In this document: one piece after another, positions 22,913 to 35,268 of the stretch
Numbering within the stretch: the stretch's first letter is position 1
Layout of the letters: each line of letters starts with the position of its first letter
From: Histomonas meleagridis 2922-C6/04-290x
Taxonomy: Eukaryota > Protista > Parabasalia
Direction: 5' to 3'
NCBI GenBank assembly: GCA_020184695.1
Contig: JAANOX010000238.1
Location: forward strand, 372,001 to 436,000
DNA length: 64,000 nucleotides
The notes under the pieces: model-generated
What the model saw: only the letters and a program-made list of their open reading frames with translations
The model's database searches: none
What the model was told of the DNA's origin: nothing
Program-made: the position numbers and the translations under genes

Positions 22913-23456
22913 GTTTCCTCACATGTTTTCTGTGTTTTATTTTTTACAATTATGATATTGAATTGTTTACATTTGTTACAGAACGATAGGGAATGAAGGA
23001 CGTTACGAATTCCGATCCAAAATGAAAAACAACAAAAAATTGAAAAATGATTGGGAAATATCATAATCAATCGGACTAATCACATTTAATTTAAATAAAT
23101 AAAAACAATGCACAGTCATTGATTTCTTTGATTAATATTTTTAATCAGAAATAGTATAATTTTATTATGCTTACATCATTTATGTATAACATTCTCAAGA
23201 AGATACAAATGGATCATGTTACCTTATTGATTATATGATTAAAGAAAATATTAAAACATGTATATCAGTAAGATTTATATCTGATTGCTGTTTCATTGTT
23301 TTTGAATAAGAAATCAAATTTTAAGTTTTACATCCAATTCTTAATTCAATTTTAATCATCAAAGCAAATCCAACAATTCAATTTATAGATCTCATATCTA
23401 TTCAATATAACACTAAGTTTCATATCAGCAAAAAGTTATTTATTTATATAACAGCT

Positions 23457-24365
23457 CTACATCAAATTGTCATGCAGTAAATCCTTTGAAAGTTCTTCTG
23501 AACCCATTTCAACTGAATCGTCATCATCTTTGATGTTATCCTTTGGCTTCATGTACAACATAGTGATAACAATGATCATAACGGGCAAATTTCCCAAAAC
23601 GAAAGTTCTTATTAACGCGACCGAAAGATTGATCGATCTTCGCTTATTAAAATCATAATCGTAAACCACAAATAAAATGTTAAATATCGTCTCAGGATCA
23701 CCAAAAGAACCAATGATGTTGAAAATAACGTATAAAAAGTTCAATAATGCATTTGCAAAAAGTATATATCTCATGGCTTTGCAAAATCCTGGTGAAACTA
23801 TCCACTCAGCTTGATCGGAAGTAATGTAAGCCAGGACGCATGTAATGGTATATAATGTGATTCCTAAATTTTCAATAATTATTGAGGCAAATTGATAAAA
23901 GATTCGATCCACTATATCAAAGCAAATGGCGCAAATAACAAAAATTATGTATAATGCTGTGATTATGGTGATAAAATACATTATAAAATATAATACTGTA
24001 CCAAGCTTTGAGTTCATAAGCTTAATGAGAAATATGGCTTGACTTGTGGCTACAAGGTAGCTGAAGCTTTTGAGTGCTGAACTTATTAAATAAAATGATT
24101 GAATTTTTTCTTCATAATATGGATAAAAGCAAAGAATAGTATTGACAATGGAATAAAAAACGCCAGGGAAAACCAAAAAGGTCATTTTTCGATTGGCTTT
24201 TGTTGGATTGATAAAGAAATTACGTGCATAGTGAGCAAAAAAATAAACTAACACAAGAGAAGAAATTCCTTGAGCAATGATAAGGATAACCAAAAAAGGG
24301 TTGGCCCCACAATCTTCGAATGTTGTTCCAACTAGACAATAATAATCATCGATGGTGAGCAGCAT
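23457..24365 (-). CDS. Seven-pass membrane protein (GPCR-like topology), family unassigned
   Basis: Seven hydrophobic segments, N-terminal Cys pair, acidic C-tail; ATG at 24365 lies 4 nt after an M3 element. Confidence 0.65.
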   Translation of the reverse strand: MLLTIDDYYCLVGTTFEDCGANPFLVILIIAQGISSLVLVYFFAHYARNFFINPTKANRKMTFLVFPGVFYSIVNTILCFYPYYEEKIQSFYLISSALKSFSYLVATSQAIFLIKLMNSKLGTVLYFIMYFITIITALYIIFVICAICFDIVDRIFYQFASIIIENLGITLYTITCVLAYITSDQAEWIVSPGFCKAMRYILFANALLNFLYVIFNIIGSFGDPETIFNILFVVYDYDFNKRRSINLSVALIRTFVLGNLPVMIIVITMLYMKPKDNIKDDDDSVEMGSEELSKDLLHDNLM

Positions 24366-24369
24366 GAAA

Positions 24370-24377
24370 TAACCGTT
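24370..24377 (-). promoter_or_regulatory. M3-like element
   Basis: AACGGTTA on minus strand just upstream of ATG 24365. Confidence 0.5.
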
Positions 24378-24425
24378 TAGCAAAAACAACTAATTCAAAA
24401 AGTGGTGGTTCGCCATTGAAAAAAA

Positions 24426-26141
24426 TCATCGTGCTGGAAGAGATAATAATAAATTTGCAGCAAACCCATTAGGGTTTTTCTTTGATACCACAGAAAGGAC
24501 TCCATTTAAGAATGTGCTCAAGGAGACTAATTGTTGCTTAGCTTGGTATATTTCATCATTTCCGATATCGTTTGATCTGAAAACAAACATTTCACATGTT
24601 TCAAGTACTTGATTCACTTGATTGAATACACTTTCATAGTTAGGTAAACAAGAATATGAAATATGTTCAACAAACTTAGCATGAGCGGTTATTAAATCAT
24701 CAAAGTTTAACGCCTTATTAAATGATTCGAATAATTCAAACAATCCACATTCGATATATGAAAACATTGATTGATAAATTGAAGTCAAAAACTGGAGAAA
24801 TTCCATACGTAATGAAGAAATAGATTTATTTAATGGCATTATTGTTAATCCATATATTAGTTTCCGAACACGAAATGCCCATTGGTGGTAAGTGTGATAA
24901 GTTTTTAATTGTTGTGATGTAATTATTTTTCTTAATTTAAATGGGATATTCACAACTATTGAGTTTTGACTAATAAATCTATAACTAAAGTAAGGGATTG
25001 GATTCAGAAACTGCGAAAAATAATTTGTTATTTTGTCCGGAGGAATTTTTCCCATAATATAAATTTGATGCAAATCTCCTCTTTTCATTAGATATAACGA
25101 TGATAACATTTTTATGATATCTATAAGATAACATTCTTTTAGTAAATATCCAACAAATTCTTTTTGTAGTTTTTTTGCTGATTTCCAAATTGGCTTTAAT
25201 AAAATCAGTTGAATTGCTTCATCGAGTGAATTATATGTCTTTTGTCTACTTGAGTGTTTCTTTTTCGGTATATTTATTCCCCAAGCAGCAGCTCGAAAAC
25301 TTGAAATTGATTCATTTGGTGATTCGAATTGTGGAATTTCGTTTGGCAAAATAAGTTCAAAAGACAGTGGGACATTTGGTGTATTTTCTTCATCGAAATT
25401 TGATGTTTTTTCATTGAGAGATTCATCAATTGGAATTGTCATCGATTTTATTGTAATAGAATTCGCTGCATAAATAATATCTCTGATGAACTCTTGTGGA
25501 ATTAATGATGGAACATTCATCGAAATTACTTCGGTTTTGTTTTGGTCTTTATTAAAAAGCCATTGCGCATCAAGAATAAGAGAGTTTTGGTTTAAAATGA
25601 GCTCCTTACAATAATTAGATATAAGGTTTAAGCATATGACTGAAATTTGAAGCATCGTTTTTGATCCATGTTTGGCCAATAAAAAGAATTCTTCTAATGG
25701 ATTTGGTGAATTAACTATTGGAACCGTTGTTTTTAGTTTTAGAAATATTGGTCTTGATTGGAATAAAAAATCTAATAATGAATTTGAATGAATGTTTTCT
25801 AAATTTTGATAAAAGGGTGTAACTATATACAACTGAAGGCCTTCTTGTAATGCTGCTTGTATTGGTGATTTTGATATTCTGGAAATAAATGCTTTAATCT
25901 GATACAAATTTGTGGCTGCTAAAAGAGGCAATCGAAGCAATTGTCTTATTGATTTTGGTGTATAATTTTTTGTTGATATTATTGGATTTATTGAAAAAAT
26001 TCCATTATCGAAAATTATATAAGAAGAAGGGGATAAATGGAAAAATAAAGACCGTATGCTTTCAATAAGATGTATCTCAGGAATTATTTGGGTTTTTATT
26101 GAAGTATGATTGTTTAAAAGAAGAGATAAACAATTTTCCAT
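24426..26141 (-). CDS. Gamma-tubulin complex component (Spc97/Spc98, GCP family)
   Basis: LIDIIKMLSSLYLMKRGDL and FNKALNFDDLITAHAKFVEHISYSCL match the GCP C-terminal GRIP2 domain. Confidence 0.8.
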   Translation of the reverse strand: MENCLSLLLNNHTSIKTQIIPEIHLIESIRSLFFHLSPSSYIIFDNGIFSINPIISTKNYTPKSIRQLLRLPLLAATNLYQIKAFISRISKSPIQAALQEGLQLYIVTPFYQNLENIHSNSLLDFLFQSRPIFLKLKTTVPIVNSPNPLEEFFLLAKHGSKTMLQISVICLNLISNYCKELILNQNSLILDAQWLFNKDQNKTEVISMNVPSLIPQEFIRDIIYAANSITIKSMTIPIDESLNEKTSNFDEENTPNVPLSFELILPNEIPQFESPNESISSFRAAAWGINIPKKKHSSRQKTYNSLDEAIQLILLKPIWKSAKKLQKEFVGYLLKECYLIDIIKMLSSLYLMKRGDLHQIYIMGKIPPDKITNYFSQFLNPIPYFSYRFISQNSIVVNIPFKLRKIITSQQLKTYHTYHQWAFRVRKLIYGLTIMPLNKSISSLRMEFLQFLTSIYQSMFSYIECGLFELFESFNKALNFDDLITAHAKFVEHISYSCLPNYESVFNQVNQVLETCEMFVFRSNDIGNDEIYQAKQQLVSLSTFLNGVLSVVSKKNPNGFAANLLLSLPAR

Positions 26142-26632
26142 AGAATTAAATCATAAATTTCTAAACGGCTTTCCTGTATCGTAGTTTATGAGGGTGCGTT
26201 AACAATAATTTGAAGCTGGCTAAAACAATACAACTGACTAAGGTGATTTATTGCTTCAGCAATCTGGTCCTGATGATCATTTATTGTTTTGGAAACAAAC
26301 AATGTTTTTTTGAATATTGTATTTTTGCAAACGTATGATTTTTCCATCTCAAAGTATTTCGTCCTTAACATCTAAATTTATTTTTATTAGAGTATATCAG
26401 AACTATAAAATAAAATAAATAAAAAAAGGAATGGAATTATATATTTGTTTTACAATATCATATTTTAAACATTCAAGCAATAGCAGAAATATTTCTGTAT
26501 AATAATCTTTCAACACTGAAGGCACAAAAAAATATTATGATTTCTTCAAATTGGTTTATTTATCGTTTTTACGGTTTTGTTCTAAAATAATTGAATTAAA
26601 TAACGTTTAAATGTCGCACGTTTAAAATGTAT

Positions 26633-26640
26633 GGCGGTTT
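26633..26640 (+). promoter_or_regulatory. M3-like element
   Basis: GGCGGTTT 24 nt before ATG 26665; a second copy TACGGTTT at 26570-26577. Confidence 0.5.
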
Positions 26641-26664
26641 GGCGTTTTTAGAACGTTAAGGAAA

Positions 26665-27603
26665 ATGAAAGAAGGAACAAAAATTTATACCAAAATTTCA
26701 GATGTTAAAGTTCCTCAAACCATAACATCAATTGGATTTTCATCAACTGGTAATAATTTTGCAATTGGCCTTGATACTGGGTGGATATATATTTATCAAG
26801 TTAATTCAGAAGAAATATTGCAAAAGAAACCTATTTTTGCAAATAACATCAATTGTATTACATGGTCAAAAGATGATAAATATATTGTTGCGTGTTCGAA
26901 TGATTCCAAACTTATTTTGTTAAATACTTTAAATTTCAAAATTGTACGAGAATATTTTGGTTCTCTTGAAGCTCTCTTTGCGTGTGACATATCACTTTAT
27001 AATGATATGATAGCAGCTGGTGGTGCAGATACATTACTTCATCTATGGTCAACATCTTCATCTCAGCAAATTCATTATACGCCAGCACATAACGAAATCA
27101 TTACATCTGTTCACTTTAACAGTAGTGGGAAATTTATTCTTACATCATCTATAGATGGGCTTTGTCGTATTTTTGACACGAATAATCTTTTTCTTCTTCG
27201 AACTTATACAGCGAATAGCTATGGCATAACATATTCTCTTTTTAGTCCTAGTGAGAAATTTATTTTAGTAACGACAACAAATAATAAATTATTTTTAATT
27301 GACATTTCGAATGGTTTAATGATAAATTCATATAATAATAGTAATTCAGATGAAACAAATATTCGAAATTCGATTACAATTTGTTATAATAATCCGAACG
27401 TAGAATTAATTGTTGCATCAGAATCAAATAATATAATGTGCTATAATGCAATCAATAGGAAAATTCTTTGGAACATAAAATTGGAATCGGATCCGAATTC
27501 GCAATTAATGATTGGCGTATCAAAAGATGCTGAATTCGTGGTGACTGCAGTGGACAATAGCTTTACTGTATATAAAAGAAAAAATCCTTTGGATAAGAAT
27601 TAA
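26665..27603 (+). CDS. WD40-repeat protein, WDR5/Swd3-like
   Basis: HNEIITSVHFNSSGKFILTSSIDGLCRIFDT and FSPSEKFILV resemble WDR5 blades. Confidence 0.8.
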   Translation: MKEGTKIYTKISDVKVPQTITSIGFSSTGNNFAIGLDTGWIYIYQVNSEEILQKKPIFANNINCITWSKDDKYIVACSNDSKLILLNTLNFKIVREYFGSLEALFACDISLYNDMIAAGGADTLLHLWSTSSSQQIHYTPAHNEIITSVHFNSSGKFILTSSIDGLCRIFDTNNLFLLRTYTANSYGITYSLFSPSEKFILVTTTNNKLFLIDISNGLMINSYNNSNSDETNIRNSITICYNNPNVELIVASESNNIMCYNAINRKILWNIKLESDPNSQLMIGVSKDAEFVVTAVDNSFTVYKRKNPLDKN

Positions 27604-27983
27604 ATATAATAAAAACCATGTAATTTTCTTAATAATAAAAAAATAATTTTTAATTTTAATAAATACTTAGAATTAATTATTACAGATATATCCAAAAATT
27701 TGTATAATTAATGAAACAATTTTATTTATCAATATTATTTAATTATTCATAATTTGACATATAAATTCTTATAATAATGAATATAGTTCTTCATGAATAG
27801 ATATGGATTTGGTAAATATTATTTTGTGTTCCCATCACCTTCAGCATAGTTATTTTTACAAAAAAATTACTATTTCTGAAAACAATTTTCATGTTAACGT
27901 TTTAAGTCAGAAGAATTAGTCATGTCAAAATCAATAATAAAAACAAAACGCTTTGATAGATAACATTTATTCAACACACGTAT

Positions 27984-30654
27984 TTAGCCAAAATCTGTTA
28001 CAACAGCCGAAGACAACAAAATATGTTCATCGATTTCGGCTCTCAGTCTCTGATTCTTTTTATTCTTCATATAATACAATACTGAGACAATCACAATAAT
28101 CAAAACGAAAACAACAGAAGAAACAACAATAGCGACAATGAAGCCTGTTTGGTTACTTTCAGTATCTTTTGCATATATGCAAACATCGAAATAGTTATCA
28201 GGTTCAATCGCCAAAATATTATTCCAAACTTTCGTCTTGTTCACGTCTTAATTCGCATAATTCTTTTTAAATGGTAAACATAATTTAATGTCATAAACTA
28301 AATGTCCTTCTTCTTTAATAATATTTCGATTAGTGTTACTAAATATATACGAATTCATATTCGGTGGTTCATCAGGAAATGAAACAATAGAAAGTGAAGA
28401 ACAATTTTCAAATACATTTCTCAGATTTAATGGAATTGATATTAATGAAGGCATATGAATCAATTCAAGTGATATACAATTTCTAAAACAATAATCACCT
28501 TTAATTTCATGTAAAATTCCAAATTTCGCAGTTTTCAATGATTTACAATTTTCAAATACATTACTCTGTAAAGTACTCAATTTGTTCATTTCAATTTTTG
28601 TAATAGAAAAACAATTACAAAACTCAAATGTTCCAATTTCTTCTATGTTTTCTAATGAAATATTTATTAAGTTATGACAATTATAAAAACATTTTTCTCC
28701 AATTGTTATTAATTTATCAAAATTAATATTTTCGATACTAGAATTCATAAAACATTCTCCAAGTTTTTCTACATTTGGAATATAAATGTTATTTAATTTT
28801 TGTTGATTAATAAAAAATCGATCGCCAATTTCGCGTAACTTTGGCGCAGTGAATTTCACAATTGTTATATCATCAAAAACGTCATTACCAAGAAATTCCA
28901 AATTCGACAAATTAAAATCGAAACTTAAAATTTTACAATTTTTAAAAGCACAATCTCCACAAATTTTTAAAGAAGGAAAATCAAAAAATTTTATATTGGA
29001 ATTACAAAATGAATAATTACCAATATGTTCCAAATATGGAAACTTAACATTAGAAAGGAATACACAATTATGGAAACAATAATCATCAATAGATATCACA
29101 TTAAATTGATTGTTATTAACATTCAGTAAACTTGTGTTCATGAAACATGATTTCCCAAACGTTTTACAATTTGGTAAATCAATTTTATTTATACTTAAAG
29201 TGTTCGAAAATAAATAATCTGGCGCTGCTTCGAGACTTGAAAGATAGAAATTTTCGATATTGTCCTTGAAACAATTTTTGGCCACATTTTATAAGTTTAG
29301 GTGCTTCAAAAGTTGTTAAAGATTTGCATTCTTTAAATAAATAATCGCCTGCTTCAATAAGTTTTGGGAAATAACAATTCGTTAAATAAAGACATTTCTC
29401 AAATGCTTTATCACAAATAGTTTTAACATTTTCGAATCGAACTGAAATAAGTTGTAAACAACAATAAAATGCTGTTTCGTTAATTAATTCAACATTTGGG
29501 AAATCAATGTTTACTATAGAGCAATAAGAAAACGAATAATTGCCAATATATTTAACATTAGGCATATCAACATGTATTAAATGCGTACATTCCGAAAAAC
29601 ATCCACTCGAACATTTTTCGATTTTAGGTAACGAAACATTTTTGAGATTTGGACAATGTAAAAAACATTCATTGCCAATATAAGTTACAGATGGAAAAGA
29701 AATCGTTTCGATACTTAAACATGATTCAAATGCATTTTCGTTAATTGTGGTTAATTTATTAAAATGAAAAATTTTTAATTTGTAACAAGAATGAAATGCA
29801 CGATATTCAATGATTTCGATGTTTTCGCCGCCATAAATCGCTTCCAAATTTGTACAGAGGTTAAAAACATTATTACCAAGTTTGGTAACTGAATTTGGAA
29901 TAGTAATGTTTCGTAATAAAATACATTCACCAAACACCATAGAATTAATACATGTTAAACTTTCGCTTAAAATTACAGTTTCTAAATTAGAACATCCTAA
30001 AAATACATTGTATCCTAACGTAGTAACTGAATTTGGTATTGTAATGTTTCGTAACGAATAACATTTATAAAATGCTTGGTATTCAATGACTTTTAGGTTG
30101 TCATTGAATATAACTGTCGATAAGTTCGTGCATTCTTGGAATGTATATTCATTAATGATTGAAAGTAAAGGTGGAATTTTAATACTTTGAAGCATGTAGC
30201 AGAAAAAAAATGCATGTCTGCTAATGTTTTTTATGTTTTCACCAAAAATAATCTTCTCTAATGATATACAATTTGAAAATGCAAAAATACCAATTGTTGT
30301 AACCGAATTCGGAAGGTTGACATACGTTAAAGAAGTACAACCATGAAATGCTTCTGGACCAATAGTTATCAAGTTTTCGCCAAAGTTTATGTTCTCTAAT
30401 TTATTACATTGTGAAAAAGCATGTGATTCAATCAAACGGACTGAATTACCCATACTGACTGAAATAATATTTGGCCATGCGCTGAATGCATATTTTGGTA
30501 TAGTTTGAATTTCACCATAAATCAAAATATGCTTAGCCATATTTTTGTATCCATCAGTGAAATCAGCTTCATTGAGAATTATCAATGTATCATTACCTTC
30601 AATGAATATCTGTTGGGTATAAACTAAAAAAATTGCAAAGAACCAGAGAAACAT
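27984..30654 (-). pseudogene. BspA-like TpLRR surface protein with one frameshift and one in-frame stop
   Basis: Signal peptide MFLWFFAIFLVY; IPNSVTxIGxxAF repeats; frameshift near 29280; TAA 28250-28248 is in frame with the TM-bearing ORF 28244-27984. Confidence 0.85.
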
Positions 30655-30672
30655 TTGAATTCAACTCACCCA

Positions 30673-30680
30673 AACGGTTG
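30673..30680 (+). promoter_or_regulatory. M3-like element in the divergent BspA/H4 intergenic region
   Basis: AACGGTTG; an Inr-like TCAGT also precedes the H4 ATG by about 10 nt. Confidence 0.35.
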
Positions 30681-30841
30681 TGTGTTATTATGCATAATTC
30701 AAGGAGATGACACTTTTTGTCTTTTCAAAAAATTTCAGAGGAATCAACCGATGAAAAAACAATACCTCTCATGAGAAATGGTTCCTCATATTTCGTTTTG
30801 TAGATATTGAATAATTATGGGATCGAAACGACATTTAATAA

Positions 30842-31189
<348 letters not shown>

Positions 31190-31567
31190 ATTTTAACTTT
31201 TAAGGGAAATATTTTTGTTAATGAGATTTATTTCAAATTAAATTTTCGATTCAAACAAGGGTTTGTTATTTTAACATGTAAAAATTGTTTTTTCATGTAT
31301 TATGATGGTTTTTATATATGAACATTTCTCATGTATTTATACAATTTCCAAACAAAAAGCATTATTTTGTTATCAACATCAAAAAATAACGTGATAAAAC
31401 ATTTGTTTTTAGTAATACATTTGTATTCATTATATTAATCTCATTGATCATATTTCCATCACAGAACATGTACCCAATGCGTATTCGTCATCCGACAATA
31501 ACTTTATTTTTTATAGCTACCAACAAATAAAATTACAGAAGTCTGAGAAAATACTTTTGTTTATTTA

Positions 31568-32665
31568 TCAATTTTCTGGCTTTATGTAAGAGCCAGCAAA
31601 TAAAATTGTTCCGTTTTTATGCGTGATGAAATAAAGGAATGGATGATCAGCAACGAACTGCGCCGGGAGACTTCTCGTCATTGCGGCGGTGGCGGCAGCA
31701 GCGACTGTTTTCTCTTCGTCAACTTCGATTACTGCCTTTTGTACAATGTCCGAAACTGAGTTTGGATCAGCGCTTTCATCGAAGAGATTAACAATTCCCA
31801 ACTTACGAAGCATTTCGAGTAATGACTTTGTGCCCCATATGTGCTTAAACTTAGGGAATTGCACATTAACCTTTTGCGGTCCTAACATATCAATGTATAT
31901 TTGGTATTTGCCTTTGTTAAGTGAACTTTTAACTGATCGGAAAGACTCCAAATCTTTTTTCTTCGGAAGAACAACAACCATCGAGAAGTCATTGACATAT
32001 TCCATGGAGAGAACTTGGGCTGCAGAGTCTTCTGTATAGAAATAATTGTCTGTGTTCGTCATCATCGATGTGGATTGTTTGGAATTGTCAAAAAGTTTGA
32101 AATCACCTTTTTTTTTTTTTTTTTTAATGAATGGCTTCTTCCATTTGGAGTTGAAATAGATGGCATTGGTAAGAACAGAGTTGATTTTTGATGGGAGCAT
32201 TGAAGGATCGAGAAGATTTTGAATAAGACCTGAAGTGAGCTCTTCAATCTTTTGATTGATGATGTCACAACCTGGTTGTGGAAATGAAACTGGAGTAAAA
32301 TCAACACCAAGAATTTGAACAAGTGGATTATAAATTTGAAGATCAATGGGAGCTTCTTTGTTTGGCCAGACATTGTTTCCTGATTTAATAACACTGTCCT
32401 TTCCTTCTTTTCCAATAATTCCCATGAGATTTTTAAGAGATGTAAGAAGCTCTTCAACGGTAGAGTTGGATCTAATCTTAAGTGCTTCAAGAGCTTGTTT
32501 ACGTGTTGGCTCTTGAGTGATGGAAACTGCCATTAAAAGAGTAACAAATGCTGAATATGGAGAAAGAACAACATTACCAGATTCGTCACTCTAATCTGCA
32601 ATCATAAAAAGCCCAAGAGATTGGATTGGATCCTGGAGGATAATTGGTTTTGCTGTGCTGCGCAT
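31568..32665 (-). pseudogene. Serpin with in-frame TAG near the N-terminus
   Basis: ATG 32665, TAG 32593-32591, then NVVLSPYSAFVTLLMA, NAIYFNSKWKKPF, EVDEEKTVAAAAT and FVADHPFLYFI, all in one frame. Confidence 0.85.
32108..32125 (-). repeat. A18 homopolymer inside the serpin CDS (six Lys codons)
   Basis: 18 consecutive T on the plus strand. Confidence 0.95.
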
Positions 32666-33145
32666 GAAAAAGTGAAGTCAAGTTATTTGACACCTGATTT
32701 TGGTATCACTTTTTCAATAAATCCGATAAATCCTCGGGTAATTTTTGGGTTTTTGTCTCGTGATTCTTGTGAGTGTCTGTGTCATTGACTTATTCTTTGT
32801 TTGGTGTAATGTTGATGACATAATCAGCTATTAAATATTTTTATCTTTTTGTGATCGATACCAAGTATTGATATGGTGGTGATTTGAAATATACGTGAAT
32901 AGCAAAGTAATTTTAATTTTAGTGAGATAGAACTGCAAGTTATCTTATGCTGCTCAATAATTATGCACCGATCCTTTAATAATCTGTATTTAATCTGAAA
33001 AATTGTTTAGAGTGAAAACTAATTCCAGGCTATGAAGTTAGGATAGTTGTCAATACAAGATTTACCAGTTGAACTCAAACAAAAACACATTCCCTATTGG
33101 AGCTGAACGATAGATTCATCTTAACGTACTTAAAAAAATTTTTTT

Positions 33146-33835
33146 GTGATGGAATGTCCTCTTTTTGATCATATTTTTATGCATATAGAAAACTTAAAGG
33201 AACAAAATCAAGAAAGCAATTATATCACACCATGTAGAATGGAATTCTTGTCAACTCAATTCCCAAAAAAATTTGATAGAAACTTTTCTTTTTCAGAAGA
33301 AGATTTACAATGCCTTGACGAAGGAGAGTGGATAAATGACGAAGTTTTAAATTCTTATATAAAATATATGGCAATTCAGGCAAACAATCCAAACGTCGGA
33401 TTTACAAATTCATTTTTCTATAAAAAATTAGAGAGAGATGGAGCTCAAGCTGCATCTTGTTGGCAAGGTGTAAAAGAAAGACCAATAAACACATATCAAA
33501 AATTTCTCGTACCAATATGTTGCGGAGCTCACTGGATTCTTGCATGTTTCGACTTTATTAATCAGAAGCTAGTTTTTTGTGATTCATTGAATATTCATTA
33601 TGGACATATCGGAAAAGTTTTAAACACATATCTAATATACATGGGAATTCCAGCTTTTGAGCTATTTTATGAATCTGTTCCCCAACAACATAATGCTGAT
33701 GATTGCGGTGTTTTTGTAATGGAGTTTGTTCGTTGCTATCTGTTTGGATATAATCTGCATTCATTCTCCCAAAGGGATATTCCTCATGCTAGAAGGCGGA
33801 TTAAAGAAGAACTTTATTTATTGTTATCTGAATAA
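33146..33835 (+). CDS. Ulp1/SENP SUMO protease (peptidase C48)
   Basis: WINDEVLNSY, FTNSFFY, HWIL (His), DSL (Asp), QQHNADDCG (Gln/Cys). Confidence 0.93.
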   Translation: MMECPLFDHIFMHIENLKEQNQESNYITPCRMEFLSTQFPKKFDRNFSFSEEDLQCLDEGEWINDEVLNSYIKYMAIQANNPNVGFTNSFFYKKLERDGAQAASCWQGVKERPINTYQKFLVPICCGAHWILACFDFINQKLVFCDSLNIHYGHIGKVLNTYLIYMGIPAFELFYESVPQQHNADDCGVFVMEFVRCYLFGYNLHSFSQRDIPHARRRIKEELYLLLSE

Positions 33836-35268
33836 TAAAAATGTTATGATGTCTCTTTTTAAGTTATGCGCGAATTCATGATATTATGAGTTTTTCTTTG
33901 TTACATCCTTTTTAAATGTTTATACGGAAGACAATATATTTCTTATATATTTGAAGCAATTTTATATCTTAAAAATGTAATTTGTATTACATAGAAACAC
34001 AAATTAAATGGTGCATTTTGAAAATGAAACAAAATTAGAGTGAAGTAAGCGAAAAAAAAAAACTCCCAAAAAATGAACCTTTAAAATCAAGCCAAATTTT
34101 TTCTATATAGAGATACCTTAATAAATATAATTTTGTAATTTTGAAATTCTCAAAATATTGAAATATTTTTATTTTAATTGAATATTTTGGTTCATTTATT
34201 ATCAGATAATGGTAAAGTTATAATGGAATTGTTTTTATATAAAATTTTACACAATGTTTAATTTTTTTTCATATGTTATTATTTCGATTTGTTACAAAAA
34301 TCCCACAATGGTAATTTAAAATTTGAAGTACCATAAATAGAATACAATCAATATTTTGTATTTAAGAAAGATTTTATCAAAATTCTTTCGTACATTTTAG
34401 AGAAATTTTCCATTTAACCAACAACAAATTTCAATGGTATGATGTGACATGTGAATTGAAAAACATTTTTAAGTATCACAAAAACACGAAAAATTTTAAT
34501 GAAATTAATGTATACTCTTTATAATAAAAATCAGAATTTTGATCATTGAATAAATTTATAAGGACATTAGACAAAGTTTCATGAAGATATAATAATTTTT
34601 TATAAATTTTCTTTGAATTCCGTAACTTTTAAATTCGTGTACGATACAATACACAAACGGTCATCAAAGCAAAAACTGGAGTTGTTCTTCTTTGTCCAGA
34701 GCCTCCAATAATGAATAAATTGTTCCAAGAATTATCCTATTTATAGCACAAATAAATTATAAAAAATTGCAAAGATAGATTTTGGAATTTTTGCTCTGGT
34801 CTCGAGATATTGAAAATCTTGTATAACTTAAAAACTAAATGAAAACTAAACAAAAATTATATAAATTGATATTAACCATTATTAGTTCTATATATGTTTT
34901 GAATTTGAACTTCTGTTATTAATTCTAAAGCCAAAAAATGCATTTTGAAATTTTGGAGATTGCTCATAAAAAACTGAGATAACAAAATTTGACTCTAATA
35001 TTTTAATTGAATACAATATCTCTTTATTTATATTCTTTAGATTTAGTTCAGTGGAAAATGAAAAAAAAAAAAATTGATTTTCTGATTCGAAACGACCGTT
35101 TATTTGGTTGACAGCGTCTTATTTTGATTTTTTCATAAAACAACTTTTTGTGATTACGATCATAACCATTTATTTCAAAATTGGATGACCAAATAATAAA
35201 CTATATAAATTTCAATAGTATGGCATTTTTTTCTTTTACTATTTGTTGCAAAATAATCTCAGGCAAAA

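Noticed and set aside
30698-30714. U6 snRNA-like CAAGGAGATGACAC
   Set aside because: No ACAGAGA box or flanking U6 structure.
34630-34735. P-loop-like NLFIIGGSGQRRTT on the minus strand (possible ATPase/Maverick relic)
   Set aside because: About 35 codons between stops, lacks GK[ST], no other element hallmarks.
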